Assembly: GCA_035084275.1 (NCBI GenBank)
Contig: CM068770.1
Location: 2,232,001 to 2,296,000, forward strand
Source: Hydrolagus colliei
Lineage: Eukaryota
DNA length: 64,000 nucleotides
Direction: 5' to 3'
The notes below the pieces were generated by a model that saw nothing but the letters and a program-made list of their open reading frames with translations, was not told the origin of the DNA and did no database searches. Shown piece after piece: positions 49,460 through 62,644 of this stretch. Position numbers and translations under genes: made by a program. Position 1 is the first letter of the stretch. Every line of letters starts with the position of its first letter.

Positions 49460-51110
49460 TAATAATAATATAGTACTTGCGATTTTTGATACAGGGCCTC
49501 ATCACATCGTTCAGACTGCTCAAAGCATTTTATGCCTTGAAGTACAGTTACTGTACCTGTAAAGCGGATTGACTGTATATTTTGTGGGCGAATTGCGAGA
49601 GCCAATCACACACATTAGTGTCCCATAAATAGTTGTGGATTAAGTAACCGAATTATTATTATTACTATTCTATATTTTTAAAATGATTTCAAGGGACTGT
49701 TGCCTTATTCCAAGCTGCCGTAATTAGAATTGTAAGGAGTTAAAGCAGATCATACTATGTGTTTGATTAGCACATACAGACTTGCAGATTGAACTCACTG
49801 TTCTGTGTTGGAGTTCATTTGGCATTGATCATTTTCACAACATGTTGAACCCTTTGACAGATTGTCAGACCCCTCGGTTAAACAGAACTATGTGTACTTT
49901 GGTAACTGCCTACAGTGACTGATTCTTATGCAACAAATTGATTGATTTCCTTCACAATGGGTGACTGTTTAAACCCAGATGAAAGCGAACAAAGGTATGA
50001 TAATAAGAAGAATAATCCTTCCATTTGATATAGCACTTTTCATATCCTCTAGACGTCTCAAAGTGCTTCACAAAAGTGAATTGACTGTACAGTTGTGGGT
50101 GAAACGCGGCAGTCAATTGCGTACAGCAGCGTCGTACAAACGGTCGTAGATTTTAACGCAGATTTTAACCAATTTAACGCAGTTTAAGAGTGATGATTAT
50201 TATTAATTATTATGCATATGATCAACAAAACAAATTCCCCACTGTTATGAAATCCAAATTTTTTTGTTTCTAAAGCAGTAAACTGAAAACTTATTTGGGC
50301 GCCTTTGAGGTATGTAGGTGTGTGCGTGTTTGTACTGTGAGCAGTCTCCTTACCTCCTGCAAGAAGTATTTATTAAGGGTGAGTGATGTGCCCTTGGCTC
50401 AGTTTAAACTGATCCAAGTCCATTGCACACGAGAGCCAAAGTTCAAACTTAAATCTTTATTTGATAACAAACAGCGCAAACCGTGGCACAATTTTGAGAT
50501 GTTTGAGGATGCTTGTAGTTTCTTTTGTGGCGGGATCCAGATTGCTGATGTTTTTCGTATTGATTCTGTTGCAGTAAATTCCTAAAGAACTCGACCCTGA
50601 CTTCGCTTGTCACTATCACTTGAAAATATACAGTCACTGCACTTTACAGTACATTCTGTCACGTGCTTTGAGATGTCCCGAAGATGCGATAAGGAGCTAA
50701 AATAAAATGCAAGGATTGTTATGAGGTAAAACTATTTGGCGGATCCAGGCAGTACCTTTGGTGATACTGTAAATCACGATTGCACCTGACATTGTGGTTT
50801 ACAGTGATGTGATCAGCCTTTAATTCAGTGCTTTGGCATGTCCTCCTGGCGTGAAAGGAGCTCTAGAAACGCAATTTTGTTGTTTTATTGTTGGTTGTTG
50901 CTTTATCACGTCTTCAAGACGCCTCAAACTGCTACACAGAATATAGAGTAAAGTGAGTTGACTATATATTTTGTGAGCGAAACTCGGTAGCCATGAATTC
51001 AAGTGACCAAACACAGCCAAGTCCAAGTAACACAACAACAACAACAACAACAAACTCATTTGAAGAGCAACTTTCACGCCAGGAGAACGTCCCAAGGTGC
51101 TGGACAATGT
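49460..51110. mobile_element. Cluster of SINE 3' fragments (49460-49700 -, 50000-50150 -, 50620-50720 +, 50900-51010 -) and L2 tails (50825-50900 +, 51030-51110 -)
   Basis: Each piece matches the family tails seen elsewhere in the window. Confidence 0.7.
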
Positions 51111-52804
51111 ACAACAATAACTGGCAATTTATATAGCATCCTTCATATAGCAAGACATGTTGGAGGCTTGATTAGGGGGGTCTAATATATCAGGTTTCTA
51201 ATAAGATAGTTAATGAAATCTAAGAGAACTTTGCACAGATCAGTGTGATGCACCTGCAATTACTAGTGAAAGTCACCACTTTTGCTCGATTTCTCATTAA
51301 GGAATCCCTCTAAGATACGCTACAAATTAAACCCCTACAGTGCAGTAAAGCCAAAGTTCTGCGGGAAAAAAAGAGAGAGGCAGCCTTTATGAATTTCGGT
51401 GAAACGTAAATTGCGATCAAAATGCCCCTCGCCTTAACATTAGAAATCATGTCGGATTCTGAGCGAACGCATATGTATTGTGGAGCTCTCTTTGGGTCTG
51501 TGCGAACTCCCAGTTTTGAAGGGATTACTTTGTCTTTCAAAGTAAGTGGCATTTCATTTCGCTTTCGGTGAATATCCTACAAACATAATAGGATATTTGT
51601 AATGAAAATGGGTTGCTTAACTTCTGAATCGCTCAGTCAGGATTAGACTGTGATGAACTGAAACCAAAGAGTATTAGCATTGCTTGTGCGTCAAATTTCT
51701 CACTCTCTATAAGATCCTGAGCACACAGTAGGAGAATAATATTAACCTTAACTCGAAGAAAAGGAACTGTGTGTTCCTAGTGGCATTAGAAACATGTCTG
51801 AAAGACTTGGTTTCATGGATATAGCAGCCATCACCTCAGGCTTGTGGTCGCTGAAGAACATATCACCCAGACAACCATCGAGCGTCCACCTCTATGCATT
51901 TTGAGGCCTACAATCTAATCTGAGTTAAAATGTCACCCAAACTAGGCCCCAGGTTGTCAGCCTAAAGCCAAGCCCATCTCGTACGCACATATCCAGTGTG
52001 AATATTGCGGTTGCTGGGACAAAAATGCCCCTTCATCTCCACAGGGAACAGAGCAGTGAGCAGATGAAGCCAGCCTGAAAGAAGGGAATTGCTTTATAAG
52101 AAACTTCGCTCCGGACTGAAAGACTCTTTATTTTGCCACTTCAAAGCTGAAGGGCCAGCAAGCAATAAGAGGGGGAAAATTGTGTGGTCTGCATGGATAG
52201 AAAAGGCAATGAGTGAGCGCGACTGTTGCGTGAAAAGTTGGTGGGATTTGAAATGTCAGCGTCCTGGGAAATCCTTGACAATCACTGACCTCTAATTGAT
52301 AACCTTCACCAAATGTATTGTCATACAAACTCCGTAATGTTAGTTTGCTTTGAGCGACATGATAATCGGATGGCTATTTGATTCTGTGAGAGACTAATGG
52401 TGCAAATTGTAACAAGAGCGAGCCTGACAGTATAATAGCTTGTCCTGTCGAACAGGATTACAAAGCGTTGCCTGCAGAGAGTGCATTGGACATTGAGAAA
52501 CTTGCTAGCTCTTAACCATTCTTTAATTCTGATGCGTGAGATTCAATACTGAAATTGGAGGTCAGAATTTTTAAATTTGATTGTGAATTTTTAAAGCTTT
52601 CAATGAAATGCAAATGCTGCCCTCAGAGGCCTATGTGCTTTGATTGGACTGTTAACTTTAACAACGACAACGGTAATAATCCTTGTCTTTGGTACAGCAT
52701 CTTATGAGATCTTCGCGATGCCTCAAAACGCTAAGTGGGATATACTGTAAAGTGAATCAACTATGTAATTGTGGGCGAAGCCTTTCACATATCACCGTGC
52801 AACC

Positions 52805-53113
52805 TATTTGATATCGTGCTTTTCACATCTTATCGACGTTGCAAAGCGCTTCACAGAATATACCGTCAAATGAATTAATTGTATATTTATGGGTGAAATG
52901 CGGCAGCCAATTGCGCACAGCAGCGTCCCATAAACAGATTGAAAATGGCCAATTTTTATTACAATAATGATTTTTATTATTTTGATTTTGGAGGGATTAT
53001 TATTGGGTGTGGAGAGAGGAAAATTGCCCAAGGTTTCGTGCTGACCTGCCTGGATACGAACGCAGGTCAAACGCTTGTAAGGCGAGTGCTCTAACCCACT
53101 GAGCTATAGGAGC
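52805..53113 (-). mobile_element. Near full-length SINE
   Basis: Body and head, ending ggcgagtgctctaacccactgagctataggagc. Confidence 0.9.
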
Positions 53114-53646
53114 ATCACGTATTATTAAGTGCTTTAACTGGAGAGCGCAGCAGCTTGTTTAACAAGGGCGACCGTGATTGAAATCTCACCAAAGCCGCCA
53201 GCTGCAAAAACCTGAACATTTCTTTTCGATTTATTGGAGACAAAGCCGCAGTTTATATCGTTGTTTATAAAACAATCCCATGTATACCCATGAAGCTGGC
53301 CTCTGGGTCGTGAACATTATGCTCGTATATCCCAGAGTTTATGTGTTTCTGTATTGGTAGGCAGCGAGGTTAGCTACTGCTGCTGAAGTTCTGCTCTGAG
53401 AAAAGTTGGAGCATTGGTCATTGTGTAAGAAAATGATGCTCTCACACATTTCATGCTGAATTGGGATGCTTAGCAAGACACTCACTCACTCGCTCACGCT
53501 GAGTTCCTGGTAACTGCTATTCACCCAGACAGAACTTAAAACCGAACCTGGAGCATGTCTAAAGGTAATAAAAAAAAATCCTTGCATTTAGTAGTGCCTT
53601 ATTACATCATTGAAACATCTCAAAGCGCTTCACAGGATTTACGATT

Positions 53647-53952
53647 GGAGTCCTGTAGCTCAGTGGTTAGATCACTCGCCTCACAAGCAAGAGATCTGGA
53701 TTCGATTCCACGCAGGACAAAATCTTGGGCAAGATTTCCTTACTCCACACACCTGATAATAATTCCTCCAAAAATGATAAATTGGTCATCTCAATCCATG
53801 ACTATTTGTGGGACACTGCTGTGCATTAATGGCTGACTCATTTTGCCCCCCAAAATATACAGTCGATTTCACTTTACGGTATATTCCGGTGATTTGAGAT
53901 GTCTAGAAATCTATGAAGCGCTATATCAAATGCAAGGATTATTATCATTATT
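53647..53952 (+). mobile_element. Full-length SINE with candidate TSD ttacga
   Basis: ggagtcctgtagctcagtggttagatcac through to the tail; ttacga at 53639-53644 and 53951-53956. Confidence 0.9.
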
Positions 53953-54635
53953 ACGACAGCTAAAGATATCAGTAGTTTTAAAGCAGGACAATTTGCTTTT
54001 AAGAACCATTTGGTCAGTCAAATGAGAACCTGCAATATGTTGTCAAGATTGCATTGATGTCTTCCTCAGTTACTAACTTAAGGCAGTGAATATTGTACAA
54101 GCATCACAATATTGGGAAGAGAATAATTCTGTTGTTTTGGTCGAGGCCTCGTTCGTTGTGTCTACCGCGGCATAACTCCCGTGGATTTCTTTGAAATGGC
54201 TCACACAGCTGTACTTTAATGCACGGTGAACTGTCTGCCCTAATCCCAAAGGACTGATTTGGATCCAGAACCCATTCAACAGATGGTATTCATCTTATAT
54301 GGTTGTGCACACTTCAGTTTTGTGTTGGTCTCCTTAAGTTGCCAAAAAAAAGAATAGGGTTGAAGGTCGCAGTCAATTCACTTTACAGTGTATTCTGTGA
54401 AGCGCTTTGAGATGCCGTCTCTATATAAATCAAAATTGGTGTTGTTGAAAGAATTCTGGTTTAAATGATATTCTATATATCTCTCAGTCGTTTTTCCACG
54501 TTCGTCTTTTAATTATTCCTTCCTTGTAGACTGTCTTCTTCTCACCCTTCCCTTCCTCTAGATAGCCTAGTCTGAGGCTGTCAGCAATGAAACATTAATG
54601 CTAGTTGTAGTGTAAGAATCATTATGACCACCACC

Positions 54636-54978
54636 AAATTGGCTGCCACGATTAGCCCACAGATATGCAGTCAATTCACTTTATAGCAATATTCTGTGAA
54701 GCGATTTAAGACAGCTAGAAGATGTGAAAAGTTCTCTATCAAATGGTAGGATTATCATTGTGACATACTTGGGCAAAATACAGCAATTAATTGCTCACAG
54801 CAGTGTCCTACAAACAGTTTGTGGATTGAAATGACCAATTTATTGTTTTTTTTTTTAGGGATTATTATCAGGCGTGTGAAGTCAGGAAACTCACCCAAGG
54901 TTTCACCTTGCCGGGAATCGAACCCAGGAGTCTCTCGCTCGTGAGGTGAGTGATATAACCACTGAGCTACAAGACTCC
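54636..54978. mobile_element. SINE 3' part (+, 54636-54757) abutting SINE head and body (-, 54770-54978)
   Basis: Family sequence in both orientations. Confidence 0.85.
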
Positions 54979-55433
54979 AAAACAAGACAGACAGTTGATT
55001 GAGGAGAGCAAGTGGCTGTGTGTGGGAAGGGTCACATTTTGATACATAAACACATCCTCACCCTCCTCTCAGCTCTCAATTTATGAGCTGCGGTTATGGC
55101 ATCCAATCTCATAGATTAAGTCTATTTTGGTGGGGAATTTCTTCACAGATATCTTAACAAGAAATGCGCAATTGTCAAATTTCCACAAACAATGAACGAA
55201 CGGGACATGTGATGTTTTAAGAATTTAATGGTTTCACGTTTCATATCCAGAAATGTTTAACGGAAAATTGCAAATTAGATCACAAGCTATCATTTTCCTT
55301 CATTGCACTTTGATTTATATCTTGATACATAAACTTGTGTGATACCATCCAACATTGTTGGTCACCCCGATAGCCTTTCTTCCCTTGTTATGGAAGACCA
55401 CATGTGTAGGACTTTCAAGTGACCCATACGTGT

Positions 55434-55540
55434 GGATTATTATTGGGTATGTGGAGTAAGGAAACTTGCCCAAGGTTTCGCCCTGACCTGCCTCCATTCG
55501 AACACAAGTCTCACGCTTGTAAGGCGAGTGCTCAATCAAC
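55434..55540 (-). mobile_element. SINE head fragment
   Basis: gtggagtaaggaaacttgcccaaggtttcgccctgacctgcc...ttcgaacac. Confidence 0.88.
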
Positions 55541-57829
55541 TGAAAAATTGGTCATTCATTTCAGAAAGAAAGTTAGTAAATGATCCCATTGGCTTGAAGA
55601 GCCAAATCTCCTGATTTCATCTTTAAAATTCCTATATTCTTCACAGAGAGGTGGCGAAATCTGAGGAGCTCCAGTGAAGATCTGTGTGTTTATTGGAGGA
55701 GGGCAGGGAGAGACACTGGCAATAAAATGCCAAGCTCAGATTTCCTTTGGACTTTTCAGACTGACTTTACAGAGTGTTTGTAACCCAATGTTTTTCAACC
55801 TATCCGTCAGTCTCACCAGTAAAGGTTCTTCAGGTCAGATGTCAAACATGCAAACTGTAATCCCACAAAGATTACGGCACAACAGAACATTCCAACACCG
55901 CGCACGTTTTATTTCAAACAGAGTTTTACTCATTTAGGACTTTGTGTTTCAGAACCGAACAAATATTTAGAACAAAACAAAGTGTTATTTATATAACTCT
56001 GGTGGGATGTCCACCGGATATGAAAAGAGCTATTTAAAAATATGCAATTTTGTGGTTGTTGTAAGTGTGGTTGGCCATCCTGCATGTGTGTGATAAGCTA
56101 TTTTGTTGTTTGGCCTGTCAGTCATTTACGCATCGTCGAGGAATTTACGTTGCAATGTGGTTACAAGCGAATGGGTGTCACATTCCACTGACTCCAGTCA
56201 CCGTCAGTCTATCGCCTTGTCTGAGCAGTGAGTCTGCACACTGATTGTCAGCGGGCTCTTCAAACGTGGCGTTCGTTACAACCCAGCCTGATACTGGTCA
56301 CCGTCGACATCCACGCGCTACATTGATACAGTGCCTATCATGTCAGGAGGACCGTCCCGAGGAGCTAGACAGCCACACATGCACTGGTGGTTGGCGAGAG
56401 GAGGAGAAGTGGAGGAGCGCGGGGAGGGAAGGGGTAGGAGAATGATCTAAGGCACGGTCAAAGAGGATCATCCTGAAGGAGGCAAGGGGGCAAGGGAGGG
56501 GTTGATTAATTAATGTCCAGTAATGGGATACCGGGTAATTTTATGAATGCAGTATTCTATTCCCTCCCTCCCTTCCTCCATCCCTCCCTCTCTCGTATGG
56601 CAATGGCACAATGGCTGGAGCTAATTGGTTTAATTCTATTGAATTCCCTTGGGTCACTATGGTCAAGCTGTGCTTGCCCTGCTAGAGAAGACGTCTGGTC
56701 AACTGACTTGCCCGGATGGTCGTAAAGACATGGTCCCTGTTGTCCATTGACAATTTGGGGGCTGGAAGAGCTCTTTTGGGTGGGAGGGGTGGGATTGGGG
56801 CTTGTCCACGGGGACAATGCTCATTCCTAAAATGAACCATTTGGGTAGAATGCATTTTGAGATGTCTCGAAGACGTGATCAGACACAATATCAAATGTAA
56901 GGATTATTATACTACTATAGTACGCTGAAAGATAGAAAACTGAGAGCAAGTGCTGCACATATTCTCTGTATGGTTTAATGCCAACACACATTCTCCTTCT
57001 GATCCATATTTATCCCCCAAAGTTTCAAATGTATGGAAAATTGCATTGTTCTTGTGTTGGCAAACATTGTGTTGCTCTTTAATGGAGGTTTAAGGCTGTT
57101 TGTTCCTGTATCATTCAGTTCATTTCTGAACAGTTATATTTTTGTGATGGGTTTATTTCTGCATTTTATGAAACAGTCACAATCTTGCACCCCCTACTGG
57201 CTGTTCATCCTTTTGACTACAGTACCGTACCACACATTTCCTGTGCCAAGAAGCCAAAATTGTCCACAAAATGCTGAAACATTTCAGATTCCGAGTTCCT
57301 CCAAGTTGCTCAGTTTTCATTCCGTTTTTTTTCCCAATTAAAAAGGAAAGAAAAAAAAAATACACGTGAATTACAGGAGAGAGCTCTGAGAGCAAATGAC
57401 CAGTACTTTAACAGTTATATATCAGCCACTCTGTGTCACATCCATAATTACTTCTTAAAACAAAAGCAAACAGTAAAGAACGAAGCGAGCCCAAGGCGGG
57501 GTGGGCGTGAGGAACAAAGATCGCGGTTGGAAGGTTCTTCAATCAGTGATGAGATCTTCTGAACAAGCAGATGCTGAGCATGTGATGCTTCACTCACATC
57601 CGATAGATTTCTGTAAGGTTTGGGTAACTCGGCGATGTTTGTTTCCGCTGCAGCCTGCAGAGGACACCCTTGCTACATATTGCCAGTATCTGCCTTTTGT
57701 GGTGACGCCGCACATGTTTCAGCCTGGGGGCAGTATTGCCTTAGTTTTGCTCGTTTTATTAGGCAGGGAACTGTCGCAAGTAAATCACAGTGGTTAGGAA
57801 TCCCACTGTGGTCTTGGTTTCTTTTATCC

Positions 57830-58115
57830 GCTCGCTGCGTGAGAGGCGCTATACGAATGCAAGTTGCTGTTGTCGTGAATGGGCTCAGCTGGAACTCCAT
57901 CCCACAGTCCCTTCTTCATCTCTCTTCCTCCTCTTCGACCGTGCCATCTGCTGCCCTCCCAACTCTCTCACTCACCTCCCCCACACCCAGCACAATTGGC
58001 TGCCACGTTTCGCCCACAGAGATACAGTCAATTCACTTTACAGTATATTCTGTGAAGCCCTTTGAGACGCCTAGAAGACGCGAAAAGCGCTATAACAAAT
58101 TCAAGGATTATTATT
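57830..58115 (+). mobile_element. L2 fragments fused to a SINE 3' part
   Basis: tggaactccatcccacagtccc...ctcttcgaccgtgcc, then cacaattggctgcc and tail. Confidence 0.8.
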
Positions 58116-58337
58116 GTCCTGGATCTGCCGGCAAGCGCAGCAGCCTAGTTATAAAATATTTATAGTAGCATAAATAATCAAAAGCGTTTATGAATTCATG
58201 TCGAAACGGAATGCAAATGGAAACGTACAATAAAACTCAGCGCAGGTCCAGAAATGAGACAAGTAAATGATCAGATTTTAAGATGCTCGTTTAAGAGTGA
58301 AATTACCGTAAATTCTTTGGTCTTGTTCTGAATAACA

Positions 58338-58460
58338 ATAATAATAATCCTTGCATTCGATACAGCGCTTTTCGGGACTTCTAGACATCTCAAAGCGCTT
58401 CCCAGGACACACTGCAAAGTGTAGTGACTTTATATTTTGTGGGAGAAACGCGGCAGCCGA
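58338..58460 (-). mobile_element. SINE 3' part
   Basis: Family tail on the reverse strand. Confidence 0.8.
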
Positions 58461-59029
58461 TCGATAGGAGAAGATGCGATTTGTTCGATACTATACGAGA
58501 CTGCAGGCACCTGTGCTACACTCTTTCCGATGAGAACGACCAGCTATTTTAAAAGCTCATTTTATGGATCCACTTGCTGTGGGGAGCTGGAGAATGGTAC
58601 CATAGGGTTTTGATTATGAGGATGACATTTAGGAGCGATCACAGAGAGGGAATCTGATGCGAACTGCTGCTCCAACACCACATTAAAAGGGGTTCCTAGC
58701 TACCGGGCCTCTTACAACCTTCAGTGAGCCGAAACACGGGCTTTGATCGAACGAAATGTAACTCACTATTAGTCTGCCACTGAGATACTGTACATACAAA
58801 TGTTTCGCTAGTCGAGGCAGGAGTAAATTCAATTCACGTGTAATTCTGTGCTCAATCGGCTGTCACCTGCCGCCTGCGAAATGTACAGTCAATTCACTTT
58901 ACAGGATATTCTGTGAATGTGCTTTGAGACGTCTCCAAGACGTGTATTATAGATTTTTTTGCACTCGGTATTGTATCGAAAAGTCGAACCGTCTTAAAAC
59001 GTTTTATAATAATGACTTTTAAGTAATAA

Positions 59030-59270
59030 ATAATAATACTCTGTGTGTTTGACACAGCCTTTCACATCAGGGCAACTCTAAGTCCTTCACAGGATTCATT
59101 GTAAAGTGTCGTGACAAATATTTGCAGGTGAACGCGAGTCAATTTGCGAGTCAGCAACGTCCCACAAACTGCCATGAAATAAATGACCGATTTGATTTGG
59201 GCATCGTTGGTCAGGACGCTGGGGGAAACTCCTCTGTCTCAGTGGCTTGTCACCTGGGAACTCTCACGTC
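59030..59270 (-). mobile_element. Old Deu-domain SINE 3' half
   Basis: gtcccacaaactgccatgaaataaatgaccga...ttggtcaggacgctgggggaaactcct. Confidence 0.65.
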
Positions 59271-60009
59271 GGGTGGTTTGTACTGCAGATTAACCAATGA
59301 AAGAATTATGAAGTACATTCGGTAGTTGGCGCACTTCAATTGCATTTCAAATCCGAGGCTTGCTCCGAGAGCAATGTCCAGCCTTTATAATCCATTCAAC
59401 CTATCCCGCTTTTCTGAAAGCCCATTCCTCTACGCACATCGTAATAAAAGCCTGCGTTATTTCAGGATTGTATCCTCCGACAACCACTTCAATCCATCTC
59501 TATTTCCTGATACAGGACTTTGAGAGTTCTCTGCTAAGTACTCCCGCTGCCTGTTTTTCCCCTTTCATTGAAGATCTGGTTTCCTCCAGAGAACGCTGTC
59601 GTCTGCCAGCCGAGAGACTGTGCACATGTGCCTTCGCTAAACGACATGACAAGCACGGTTACAAACACAACAGGTCACCGTGCATTTGATTGTTCCTTTT
59701 CATGTTATCTTTGGCCAAGTGCCTACGGACAAAGGAACGATCCCCCCACCGGATCTTTCTTTCTTTGCCGGCTGTTTTGTTTGAAGCTGTGAAGATACTC
59801 CGGGTATCATAACAAGATAGGCACTGGCTTTAATGGCTAGTTTGGCTCACTCGCAACTGGGTTCCCTGAACTGCGAGAGTAAGCGACCGGTCCCATATAC
59901 GTTAGCTTGACACATTAAAGAAAAAGCCACCGGAAGAGACTATCTCGCTGGGTTCCATGATGAATTGGCTGCGTATTCAGCAGACGACTGGAAAATGAAT
60001 TAACGTACA

Positions 60010-60127
60010 ATGTTTCGCCCACGAAATGCTCAGCCAATTCACTTTGCAGGGCGTCCTGCAAAGCGCTTCGAGGCATCTCGAAGAGGTGACAAGACGCTGT
60101 GTCGAGTGCGAGGATTATTATTATTAC
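60010..60127 (+). mobile_element. SINE 3' part, GC-shifted
   Basis: gtttcgcccacgaaatgctcagccaattcactttgcag...gaggattattattatt. Confidence 0.8.
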
Positions 60128-60955
60128 TGCATTCGCTTCACGCTCACAGTCGTTCAGCTACCAGGCACAAAGCGGCTGCCTCCGGGACGAGGTGACTCAT
60201 CCGAAAGGTCACAACGGCAGCCAATATGAAAGTGGGCAGCAGCGCAGACTGCATGTCAGCAAGTCAGGTTCGAGCTGACTGTAAACACAACACATGCTGT
60301 AAACAGAAACATAAACATGGAAGCAGCAGATGGTGGTCTGAGCGATTTATTCATCCCAACAATGTTTAGGCTACACCAATCACCGGGCGTTGGTGTAAAC
60401 ACTATTTTTCGCCCTCGGGGATGGCTAGAGCAATGTTTCCGGTGAGGGCTGCCCGTGGACGGGAACCGTTTGCTGCCTCGTTTGCAAACAACAACATGTT
60501 GTTGCGCAAGCTCCACGGACCTGCCGTCCTCAGAGGCTTACGGGAAAAGCGGACCCGGTCACTGGTGGCGGGCAATCATCCCACACAACGACAACAGCAA
60601 CAACTTTGATTTATATAGCGCCCTCCACGCCGGACGGCATCTCAGAGCGCTTGGTTAACACAGCGGCTGTTAACCCTGAACGCCAACCCCTATTGGGTAG
60701 GGCTGCCCTCCGCAGTGGGAAAACGTGTCTAACACCAACATCGGTGTGGTTCTCACTGGTTAAAATATACGCACACACTGGGCTCCCCCCCAAGCCTTGG
60801 CTCTTTCCAATCTACACCTAATGCTTTACGGAATTAAGTAAGCAGGATATGTACCTCCAGAGAGAGAGAGAGACGCGCTTTCCATTTCATTCCATTCCAA
60901 CAATTGCCATGGGATACATGGAAATCCAGGCTTGATTTTCGATACCTTCTTCAGT

Positions 60956-61281
60956 GGAATCCTGTAGCTCAGTGGGTTAGAGCACTCGCCTTACAAGCGT
61001 GAGCCCTGTGTTCGAATCCAGGCAGGTCAGGGCGAAACCTTGAGCAAGTTTCCTTACTCCACACACACACACACACGTCTAATCCCTCCAAAAAAAAACA
61101 CAATCATAAAATTGGTCATTTCAATCCACGGCTGGTTGTGGGGACACTGCTGTGCGCAATTGGCTCCGTGTTTTGCCCACAAATGTACAGTCAATTTACT
61201 TTACAGAACATTCTGTGAAGCGCTTTGAGACGTCTAGAAGATGTGAAAAGCGCAACATCAAAATGCAAGGATTATTATTAC
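60956..61281 (+). mobile_element. Full-length SINE (short form) with internal (CA)8
   Basis: ggaatcctgtagctcagtgggttagagcactcgccttacaagcg, body and tail. Confidence 0.93.
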
Positions 61282-61664
61282 CGGTATATTATTATTAAGC
61301 ATGGTGATAGGTTTCCACATGTGTGCGCCTCCCCAGGCTGATCGACAAAATAATTGCTGTACTTTTGGATCACACAGAAATTCAGAGCAGCAAAAAATAT
61401 CAAAAAAAAAATTCCACTATGCTCACCATTTTGGGGCCGTAAATATTTGTTCACAACAAATGCTTATCAGCTACAACAATCGCGGTGGATTTGTTACCAC
61501 AGTGCGATGCCTCTAAGCTCCAGTAGAAGCCAGTATTGTCCCTGTGTTAACTTTCGAAGTGATCCTTATTAAATAAGAAGTTTTTTTGTCTCACTTTACG
61601 CTCGATTTTGAAAGTGCTGGGGTCTTGGAAAAAATTGTCATGTTTGCTTGATTTGATTCACGAT

Positions 61665-61904
61665 TTCGAACCAGTCTGGTTTACCTCTAACGCTTGCTAA
61701 TTTGCTAATAAGCCTTCAACTGAATCAGAAACCCGGAAAGGCCCTTCTTAGAATATAAGAAATGTGGGAAAAATATTGAAATTCAATCTTGATTTCAGTA
61801 AATAAATAGTCACTCAATCCACGACGGTTTGTGGGACACTGCTGTGTTGCAATTGGCTGCCGCGTTTCACCCGGGAAAAATATACGGTCAATTTCACTTC
61901 GCTG
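61665..61904 (+). repeat. Arm A of a local inverted duplication (unique sequence plus SINE junction)
   Basis: Reverse complement of 62416-62644. Confidence 0.88.
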
Positions 61905-61916
61905 CAACAGTCTATT

Positions 61917-61941
61917 GAGAGAGAGAGAGAGAGAGAGAGAG
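61917..61941 (+). repeat. (GA)n microsatellite
   Basis: Seen directly. Confidence 0.9.
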
Positions 61942-62415
61942 GCATATCAGTGAGATTGTGCTGTTTGACTAACTAACTGATGTGATCAAATGGAACTATT
62001 TTGTAAAGATCAGACATGACTTGACTCAGAGCTGATTAACGCTATGACACAGAATTGAACTCACTAAGATGTTTCGCACGTCACAGTTCCCAGCAATCTG
62101 ATATAAGCAACCGTAATTTTGTTGTTGTTGTTATTGTTTGTGGTGGTTGTGGTGGTGATAAAATCCTCCAGGCTGTCGGCTGTTGAAGTGGGCACTAGTG
62201 TTTCAACTCTGGGATTTTTTTTTATCAGCCAGCAACTGTTTCATGTCACTTCACTTTCGAGTAAAGAGAAGGAAAAAACAGTTGCCTTCTTCTAAGAAAA
62301 ATAGATGAGACACATCACCAACGCGAGTGAACATACTTGTGTAACTGATGAGACCTTGCGTTTGACGTGGCGCCTTATTGCGTCTTCGAGACACCTCAAC
62401 GCGCGTCACAGAATA

Positions 62416-62644
62416 CAGCGTGAAGTGGATTGACGTGTATATTTTTCTGGGGCGAAACGCGGCAGTGTCCCGCGAGCCGTCGTGGATTGAGGTGACCCTA
62501 TTTATTTACCGAAATCAAGGCTGAATTTCAGTATTTGTTCCACATTCCTTATATTCTAAGGCGGCTGCCTTTCCGGGTTCCTGACTCAGTTCAGGGCCTG
62601 TTAGCCAATTAGCAAGAGTGAGAGTTGAACCAGACTGGTTCGAA
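62416..62644 (-). repeat. Arm B of the local inverted duplication; its SINE tail continues to ~62353
   Basis: ttatattctaag...cctttccgggttcctga...aaccagactggttcgaa. Confidence 0.88.

Noticed and set aside
57620-58165. 181-aa ORF
   Set aside because: The second half is L2 and SINE sequence; no protein similarity recognised.
60956-61035. tRNA-like sequences with A and B boxes (also 2840-2916, 6520-6599, 42219, 48172, 53647)
   Set aside because: Each continues into the SINE body and lacks a proper acceptor stem. These are SINE heads, not tRNA genes.
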